Below, one piece after another: positions 57,538-64,000 of a stretch of 64,000 nt of DNA. The translations under genes and the position numbers were made by a program. The notes under the pieces are model-generated. The model ran no database searches, was not told the origin of the DNA, and saw only the letters and a program-made list of their open reading frames with translations. The stretch lies in IMG/VR virus record IMGVR_UViG_3300023178_001963. The stretch is one strand, 5' to 3'. The stretch comes from a virus. The first letter of the stretch is position 1. The number at the start of each line of letters is the position of its first letter.

Positions 57538-58519
57538 GAAAGTTATTATACATGTGTTCTCCTACTTTTTTATGAAATATAGGGCTAGGATGGCTGATAA
57601 ATTTCTTATAAAAGTTTTGTTGAAAATTTTCTGGACTGTGAACGTGTTCATTAAAGATTAAATCACTATCTAAAATATCAAGGGATTTACTTATATCAGC
57701 TGGCTGTAAATCCCTTGCAAAACCATATGTATGTGTAGTTATTTTTGGTAAATCTAAAAACCATGGTTCTTCAAAATAATATTTTATGTTATATTCTTTA
57801 CAGATATCTAATATACTATTCTTATAAAAATCGTATCTCAATATTTCATCATAAAAAAACTTTTCTATTTGTTTAAGAGTATAACCGTGTTCCATTTCTT
57901 TGAACCTCTCTACACCCATATTTTTGTTTCTGTTTTTTAAATCATCTAATATAGTCAACATTAAGGGCCTGTAAAAAGTATTACCTTCAAATGTTCTTTT
58001 CTGTTCTGCTCTACCTTCAAAAAAACCAAGCATTATAATATGGCTAGGAGGATGTTCTACAAACTTTACCCAATTCAAAAAAATTCTATAGGCTGTGTTT
58101 ATACCAGTACCACTAAGTCCATAGTTGATAATTTTTTGATCTGTGAAATTTTGTAGAATACTGGTCCATCTTCGACTCTCTGGGACTCCTATCCCTTCAG
58201 TATAGCTACAACCAAAACACCAGATTTCATTTTTAGTATTTTTATCAGTATAGTTGTGTTTGCTTCTAAAATCGTAATTGTTATATTTGTACGTCCAATT
58301 ACAGAATTCTTCTATAGTATAATCATCTATACCAATGGTAAAAAGTTTACTTAATAGTTCTGGTTGTGATTTACTATATTTTTTTACTATTTCGACGGTT
58401 CTATCTTCAGCACAATTGTCATTGCCAAACTTTCCATGGTCAGTAAATTCTTCTACTAACTTACTTTTTATTTCTCTACCGTAAGATGGATAAATTCCAC
58501 GCCCATATAATTCTATCAT
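57524..58519 (-). CDS. SGNH/GDSL-like protein
   Basis: YKYNNYDFR, WCFGCSYTEGIG, NYGLSGTG, ARDL..HPS. Confidence 0.6.
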   Translation of the reverse strand: MIELYGRGIYPSYGREIKSKLVEEFTDHGKFGNDNCAEDRTVEIVKKYSKSQPELLSKLFTIGIDDYTIEEFCNWTYKYNNYDFRSKHNYTDKNTKNEIWCFGCSYTEGIGVPESRRWTSILQNFTDQKIINYGLSGTGINTAYRIFLNWVKFVEHPPSHIIMLGFFEGRAEQKRTFEGNTFYRPLMLTILDDLKNRNKNMGVERFKEMEHGYTLKQIEKFFYDEILRYDFYKNSILDICKEYNIKYYFEEPWFLDLPKITTHTYGFARDLQPADISKSLDILDSDLIFNEHVHSPENFQQNFYKKFISHPSPIFHKKVGEHMYNNFLRQS

Positions 58520-58523
58520 AGGA

Positions 58524-59168
58524 TTATTTATAATGACTATACAATGCCTGTGCTAATTCAAACTCTTCCAATTCATCAATATCGATAGCTTCGAATTGAT
58601 TCATATTAAAATATTCGAACTCCATTGGTATCATGTATTTTGCTTCTCTTAAATCTTTCATCTTACAGACTGTACCTGCATATGGAAACATATATACTGG
58701 ATCTATTCCTTGACTGTATGGATGCCAAAGACCGAATGTAAAATTAATAGGTCTTTTATTAACATCCAAATAATAATGTGAACTATTGTGTACAGCAATA
58801 TGGTTCTTTCCTGTATTCTTATATACATTATATAATTCATCATATCTTTTAAACAGAGGACAACAAACAAATGTATAAATTACATCTTGGTCATCTTCAA
58901 CTGGTACACCGTTATATATCTGTTCTAATACATATGTAAATCTAGTTACATTGTTACAATATTCAGAATCACGTTGAACATACGTGACATTTTCTGTATT
59001 AGATACTTCTGTATCATCTGTGCTAATATAAACGTGTTCTGCTCCGGCTGCAAACAATTGTTCTAGTTTTACATCTACAAGAGATTTACCATCGTAAAAC
59101 TCCATATGATGTTTACCGGGTAATCTTTCACTACTCTTTTTATAATTAGTTACACCTACAAATCCCAT
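58524..59168 (-). CDS. acylneuraminate/KDO-type cytidylyltransferase (NeuA-like)
   Basis: KKSSERLPGKH, ISTDD, CPL, AIDIDELEEFELA. Confidence 0.75.
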   Translation of the reverse strand: MGFVGVTNYKKSSERLPGKHHMEFYDGKSLVDVKLEQLFAAGAEHVYISTDDTEVSNTENVTYVQRDSEYCNNVTRFTYVLEQIYNGVPVEDDQDVIYTFVCCPLFKRYDELYNVYKNTGKNHIAVHNSSHYYLDVNKRPINFTFGLWHPYSQGIDPVYMFPYAGTVCKMKDLREAKYMIPMEFEYFNMNQFEAIDIDELEEFELAQALYSHYK

Positions 59169-59180
59169 ATTATACCTTTC

Positions 59181-60056
59181 TTAAATGAAACATTCTTTCT
59201 TTCCGTAAATGAATGCTTGTTTTATTAAATCTGAATCGTTTGTTACTTTAAATGTTAAATCTGTTGTCATCCTTGGTAATCGTACGGTTACACTTTCACA
59301 TGTATCTGGAAAGTTATCATTACAATATTTTAAAAATTTCACAGCATCAAACTTTGGGTATTCTACATAACCTCTATCATCAGGTTTTTCCCAAGATGAA
59401 TGATAACTGTAAAGATGTAAATGTTTTATTCTTCCTGCTATTCTTTCTATGAAGCCAAGAAGATTTCCTTCATATGATTTTTCTAAATCTTCTAAAGTTG
59501 AAATATACTTGTTTACTTTTAATATGTTAACAGGGATTTCAATTCTACTTTCATCTTTAGGTTTCATTAAGATTATACGCAGAGGCTTATCGATTATTTG
59601 ATGAGATTGGCTTATTGTACTTCCTGGATGAATTGTATTTCTATGAACGTTGCTTAATACAGGAGGCGACTTAACATCTCCTTCTATCAAATCACTACAT
59701 AATACTAGCATACGATAGAATCTTGCGAATAGATTATCAAAGTCTGCTTCATCGTTTTTGTCTATAAGCTGTAAGTCTTTTAAAAAATCTAGACCTTTTA
59801 AAACGCCACTACCATATGGTATACTATGATATTTTTCTGAAAGGTTGCCATCTAACCACAGTTGACTCATGTTATGTTCCCTTGTGTCTATAAAACAATC
59901 TATCAAACTAAATTCTTTTAATACGTCTTTCCAATCTTCGTATGTTGGTTGTGCTATCGTACGCCATGAGTGAGATGGATGAGTCAATAACGCATAGTTT
60001 ACATCATCATCTCTATTATCTAAAAATATCTTTTTAAATAATTCATGTTCATTCAT
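59181..60056 (-). CDS. hypothetical protein
   Basis: 291 aa ORF, IHPG motif. Confidence 0.55.
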   Translation of the reverse strand: MNEHELFKKIFLDNRDDDVNYALLTHPSHSWRTIAQPTYEDWKDVLKEFSLIDCFIDTREHNMSQLWLDGNLSEKYHSIPYGSGVLKGLDFLKDLQLIDKNDEADFDNLFARFYRMLVLCSDLIEGDVKSPPVLSNVHRNTIHPGSTISQSHQIIDKPLRIILMKPKDESRIEIPVNILKVNKYISTLEDLEKSYEGNLLGFIERIAGRIKHLHLYSYHSSWEKPDDRGYVEYPKFDAVKFLKYCNDNFPDTCESVTVRLPRMTTDLTFKVTNDSDLIKQAFIYGKKECFI

Positions 60057-62187
60057 TTATAAATTCAACTCCATCGAACTCTGATACGTTTCCTGTTAGT
60101 TCAAAATACTGTTTATCAAAAGACATATCTTCTCTTTTTAGTTCATGTTCTTCTACTGACCTGTCTTCGTTTTGTGCTACATGCTCAAATTCATACCAGC
60201 ATTTAAAGCTATAGTCGCCGTTGTCATCAACTTCCCACTCTGCTTCGCCTGATAGCATAGTGGCAAGGCTCACACCAAACTCCTGCATATCTAGTTCCGG
60301 ATCCCAAGTCATTTTAAATTTATGTCCACTGAACGCTTGATACATAATCCACATATGTGGTAAGTTTTCATTTGCCAATGTAGCAGCTAAATTATTTTGG
60401 GCGGTATCACCACTAAAAATATTAAAATTTTGATTTGAACGTTGTGGTATGTAATCCTTATATTCTCCGGGATTATTCTGTTCAAATTCTACAAATTTAC
60501 TCATTCCCGGACGACTCTGAGAATTAATTATAGTTCCTTCTGCTTCGTTGATACACATAGACAACCATTGATTCATGTACTTCAATCGTAATGCCCTATG
60601 TAGAATAGTATTCTCATAATTTTCTGTATACCAATTACTCATAAACTTATTATCCCATGGAGTTTCACTCCATTGAATTTTATAGTTTTTCCAGTTCTTG
60701 TTCATATCACTCAGTGGAGCATCACCGCATGTCATGCCCGGCGAGATAACCGTGGCCCAATTTCGTATATTATACAAAACGTGTAAACTATGACACCATT
60801 CAGCAGGTCCTTCAGTTGGGAATCCGACGACCCAGTTAATATGATTTTCTATTCCTGCTATTTTAGCATCACGTAAGTTGTCTTCTATTTCCCAAACTTT
60901 AATTTTCTTTTTCATATCAAGTAGAACCTTTTCACTTCCACTTTCAACTCCAAAACTTAACAAGCTACAACCACTCGCTTTGATTTTATGAAAGAATTCT
61001 AAATCCATACGTCCATCACATCTAGCATAGCTATTCCATCTGATGTCCATACTACGTTCAATTATCTGATCTACTAAATCTCTAAACGCTTTTATATTAC
61101 CATTTACTAAACTATCAACAAACCAAAATCGTCTTGTACCATAAGTATCAATCTGATGCTGCATTTCATCTATAACATTTGTACTTTCACGGGATCTAAA
61201 CTTCCAAAAGTGTGTCTCGGAACAGAAACTACATAGAGCAATACAACCTCTACTAGTTTCAATACTAACACCGCCTTGGTGAGAATATAGAGACAAATCA
61301 TAATCTGAATAATCTGGAAAAGGCATTTGGTTTAAATCAAGTCTGCTATTTGCTCCTCCGAAAACATGAGGACCATCTTCTTTTGAATATTCACTATAGT
61401 TTTCCAAGTAACCCAATAACATTTCTTCGCCTTCACCTATAATTCTAACATCATAGTTTTCTATTATATCTGCCAAAGGATATGGATGTCTTTTATGAGG
61501 ATTGGGTTCTTCATAATCATCTAACCAGTCTTGGAACGCTTCTGGGCCACCTATTAATATTGTGATATCGGGCGCAAGACGCTTTAATTCTTTTATCATA
61601 TACGCACTAGGAACAGTATTTGTAGCATACAAACTGAAGCCAACAAATCTAGCACCATCGTTAATAATACGCTGTACTGTTTCGTCTAATAGTGGAGTTA
61701 ACGCAGGTTTTATTTTAGTATCATAGTTTGGAACAATCCAATGATCCCAGTATATTGCGTCCCATGGATCATAATCTAACTTATCTTTAAGATAATGATA
61801 AGATTCAATATTAGTATCATATACTGTTACTTCATAACCATTTTCTCTCAGCAATGATGATATACGTGCTGCGTTATATGGAGGAAATATAATACCCCAA
61901 CTAGGACAAACAACAAAAGATATTTTATCATTTTTTCTAGGAGGATTTAAACTAGACCAATACTCATATCCAGTATCCTCTCTTTGACTCCAATATGTAT
62001 AATTTTTAGAAACAGAAGAAACAGGATCTGTTCCTAAATGACTGTTGGCATGACGCATTTCTTCTTCATGCTGAATAACAGTTAGAACAATTTGATCTCT
62101 GTCTTCGCTTTTAAAATCATACTTTGGTTTTGACTTTTTTTGAGAGGTCAGCGAGTTTTGTTCTTTGCTTTCGTTTCTCTGCGTCAT
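60049..62187 (-). CDS. cobalamin-binding radical SAM enzyme
   Basis: B12-domain VGFS..ILIGGP..GEGE; ETSRGCIALCSFC; FVDS; FGVESGS; VGFPTE. Confidence 0.85.
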   Translation of the reverse strand: MTQRNESKEQNSLTSQKKSKPKYDFKSEDRDQIVLTVIQHEEEMRHANSHLGTDPVSSVSKNYTYWSQREDTGYEYWSSLNPPRKNDKISFVVCPSWGIIFPPYNAARISSLLRENGYEVTVYDTNIESYHYLKDKLDYDPWDAIYWDHWIVPNYDTKIKPALTPLLDETVQRIINDGARFVGFSLYATNTVPSAYMIKELKRLAPDITILIGGPEAFQDWLDDYEEPNPHKRHPYPLADIIENYDVRIIGEGEEMLLGYLENYSEYSKEDGPHVFGGANSRLDLNQMPFPDYSDYDLSLYSHQGGVSIETSRGCIALCSFCSETHFWKFRSRESTNVIDEMQHQIDTYGTRRFWFVDSLVNGNIKAFRDLVDQIIERSMDIRWNSYARCDGRMDLEFFHKIKASGCSLLSFGVESGSEKVLLDMKKKIKVWEIEDNLRDAKIAGIENHINWVVGFPTEGPAEWCHSLHVLYNIRNWATVISPGMTCGDAPLSDMNKNWKNYKIQWSETPWDNKFMSNWYTENYENTILHRALRLKYMNQWLSMCINEAEGTIINSQSRPGMSKFVEFEQNNPGEYKDYIPQRSNQNFNIFSGDTAQNNLAATLANENLPHMWIMYQAFSGHKFKMTWDPELDMQEFGVSLATMLSGEAEWEVDDNGDYSFKCWYEFEHVAQNEDRSVEEHELKREDMSFDKQYFELTGNVSEFDGVEFINE

Positions 62188-63805
62188 TCATTCTTCCTAT
62201 TGCTGCCGCTAAATCTGGTAGACTTTCTTTCCAGTCTTCTTTTCTTATTTTATCAAGTCTAATTGTGTCTCTTTTAAATTTTTCCCACATATTAGGGTCT
62301 TGTTCTTTTGCCCACATTTGTCCTAACGCTTGCTTTAAAGCAGTTTCAGTAATACCTGCCCATATCATATCATGTTGTGTACAAGTGTCGATTGGCCATC
62401 TTTTCCAGATATGAGTTATAAATCTATTATATAGATCCTCTACTTCTTTTTTAAGATATGTAGGTAAATTTTGTATACAATATTGCTCTGGACCAAATAC
62501 TAAATGTATATGCATTTCATTACTAAGACGCTTAAAGTTTTGTTCTTTTATCCAATACATAAAGTCTGGTACATGAAACACATTCATAATACTAAGAGTT
62601 AAAGTAACTTTAGCTTCTAAATTATCAAGTCTGGGATCAGTATCTAACTCTTTTAGTAATCTTTCAGTCTTACTCCATTTTCCAGGATTTCGTATGTATT
62701 CAAAATGACTATCCATACCATCAAGACTCATCCCTATTACTACTTTTTTGAATTGTGCCCAAAGATCGAAAAAGCTCTTACTACTCGCAGCCATATTACT
62801 ATTATATTCTAACTCTATATTTTTCGATAAACCTTTTTCAACAATCATTTCTAACAATTCTCTATGCTTATGATTGATAGTAGGTTCACCTCCTGTAAAA
62901 TATAATCTTTCTATATACTTTAAGTTTTTTGTAATATCAGTCCATAGTTGTGAACCTTCATACCAACTTTTCATATGAGGTATCTCAACCTGACCTTTAG
63001 AATTTGTTATGATTTCAGCATGTTCTCCGTCTAAATCAATTGTAAATGGTTTATCAGATTTTTTACTGTCTACCATTTCCATATAATCTTTATACCACAA
63101 ATCACTATTTGATGGACCACAAGACCTGCATTTTAAATTACATTTATTACCAAAACGTAGATCCCACCATCTAATAGGAAAATCTTTGTTTTTAATTTTT
63201 CCATCTTTTTTAGTTTTTTCATATGCATTTAGTACTACATCTGGAAAATGTTTATTGGCATATTTTCTTCTTGACATGCCATACGGCACAGCATCTTCTT
63301 CGTCAAAACATAATTTACACGCAGATGGTCTTTTACCTTTCAACATATCACTTCGCAACATCTTCCAAAATTTTGCGTTTCTGTTTCTGCTTATCTTATC
63401 ATTATAATTCAATAACGTACCATCATCTTTTTCAATAAGTCCTACATTAGATGACTCATCCGTGTATATCATTTGACAACAAGCACGAATACTACCATTC
63501 GCATTAGTACCAGCATGGATCCATGGAATAGTACAGAATGAACTTTGGTCTGCTTCTCTTAGTAATTTAGATTCTAATAAATCATTGTAAACCTCACCGA
63601 GTCTATCTTTTACAATATCTATTATATCATCATCTATTATTGGTGATCTAAGTACGCTAAGTAATACATCTTGGTCTTCATCAAATGTTGCTACAATTTC
63701 AAGTACCTCACGTGGACAATCTGGATCTAGAATCATGTCTATACGTTGCTCAGGCGTTCTGTATATGTCTGGATTCAGATCAAATCTACTATCTACATCA
63801 CTCAT
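62117..63805 (-). CDS. radical SAM protein with twitch-like module and N-terminal helical extension
   Basis: FCTIPW..RACC..CKLC; CNLKCRSC; FTGGEPT; FEYIRNP. Confidence 0.9.
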   Translation of the reverse strand: MSDVDSRFDLNPDIYRTPEQRIDMILDPDCPREVLEIVATFDEDQDVLLSVLRSPIIDDDIIDIVKDRLGEVYNDLLESKLLREADQSSFCTIPWIHAGTNANGSIRACCQMIYTDESSNVGLIEKDDGTLLNYNDKISRNRNAKFWKMLRSDMLKGKRPSACKLCFDEEDAVPYGMSRRKYANKHFPDVVLNAYEKTKKDGKIKNKDFPIRWWDLRFGNKCNLKCRSCGPSNSDLWYKDYMEMVDSKKSDKPFTIDLDGEHAEIITNSKGQVEIPHMKSWYEGSQLWTDITKNLKYIERLYFTGGEPTINHKHRELLEMIVEKGLSKNIELEYNSNMAASSKSFFDLWAQFKKVVIGMSLDGMDSHFEYIRNPGKWSKTERLLKELDTDPRLDNLEAKVTLTLSIMNVFHVPDFMYWIKEQNFKRLSNEMHIHLVFGPEQYCIQNLPTYLKKEVEDLYNRFITHIWKRWPIDTCTQHDMIWAGITETALKQALGQMWAKEQDPNMWEKFKRDTIRLDKIRKEDWKESLPDLAAAIGRMNDAEKRKQRTKLADLSKKVKTKV

Positions 63806-63807
63806 TC

Positions 63808-63999
63808 TTACTGTTCCTTAAAAAATTCTATTTCGTTATCACTATATTTTACAAGACTACTAGCATCATTTATATCTCTGATTGGTACCAAACTAAGAGT
63901 ACCTTTCATTCTTCCATTTGCACCATTGGTATGCCATTGTGGTATGTTTAAAATTCTATCTCTTAGTTTTTGCGCTCTATCTAAAAATCCTGGAGGGGT
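63808..63999 (-). CDS. 3' end of a CDS running off the window
   Basis: Open frame ...PPGFLDRAQKLRDRILNIPQW...IEFFKEQ* ending just upstream of the 63805 start. Confidence 0.5.
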   Translation of the reverse strand, partial: TPPGFLDRAQKLRDRILNIPQWHTNGANGRMKGTLSLVPIRDINDASSLVKYSDNEIEFFKEQ

Positions 64000-64000
64000 C

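Noticed and set aside
183-63951. Numerous short antisense or alternate-frame ORFs in the six-frame track (e.g. 7026..7571, 15852..16340, 19520..19945, 44867..45316)
   Set aside because: They lie within well-supported genes, lack SD sequences or motifs, and have shadow-ORF composition
1-64000. tRNA, rRNA, CRISPR array or integrase/transposase
   Set aside because: No cloverleaf, regularly spaced direct repeats or recombinase motifs seen by eye; intergenic gaps are short. tRNAscan/Infernal would be needed to exclude small RNAs
1-64000. Stop-codon reassignment as in some jumbo phages
   Set aside because: Conserved genes are full length in code 11, and TAA, TAG and TGA all terminate genes

Overview
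AT-rich, gene-dense segment of a large T4-like (myovirus/jumbo-type) dsDNA phage genome, most likely infecting a marine alphaproteobacterium (inferred from FliL/SbmA/GapR-like genes and GANTC-containing promoters). No rRNA, tRNA or CRISPR array was recognised. From left to right: (1) 1-4.45 kb modular, acidic putative internal head proteins punctuated by (I/L/V/M/F)-x-E motifs; (2) 4.5-9.7 kb replication core (GapR/DsbA-like, family B DNA polymerase, N6-adenine MTase, putative nuclease, sliding clamp); (3) 9.7-17.4 kb 7-deazaguanine DNA-modification cassette (TGT/DpdA-like, DpdL/QueD-like, PRTase, glycosyltransferase, FolE, QueE) with interspersed FliL, peroxiredoxin and MetK; (4) 17.4-31.8 kb RNase H, MTase, phosphomannomutase, ClpP-like protein, SbmA, MoxR AAA/VWA pair, HNH, DHFR, ThyA, 2OG-Fe oxygenase; (5) 31.8-64 kb, a mostly minus-strand tailoring-enzyme cluster with 13 radical SAM genes (one B12-binding), two QueC-like PP-loop enzymes, four SGNH-like proteins, two MTase-like paralogues, a glycosyltransferase, a carbamoyltransferase, a cytidylyltransferase and a nitroreductase, interrupted by a plus-strand early-gene island. 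Main sequence-level signals: five sigma70 promoters with CGAATC fixed 4 nt before the -10 box (CcrM/GcrA-type site), T4-like late promoters ATAAATA exactly 5 nt before ATG (likely leaderless mRNAs), and clamp-binding-like C-terminal tails shared by the polymerase and the DNA-modification enzymes. All functional calls come from motif recognition by eye, without database searches.
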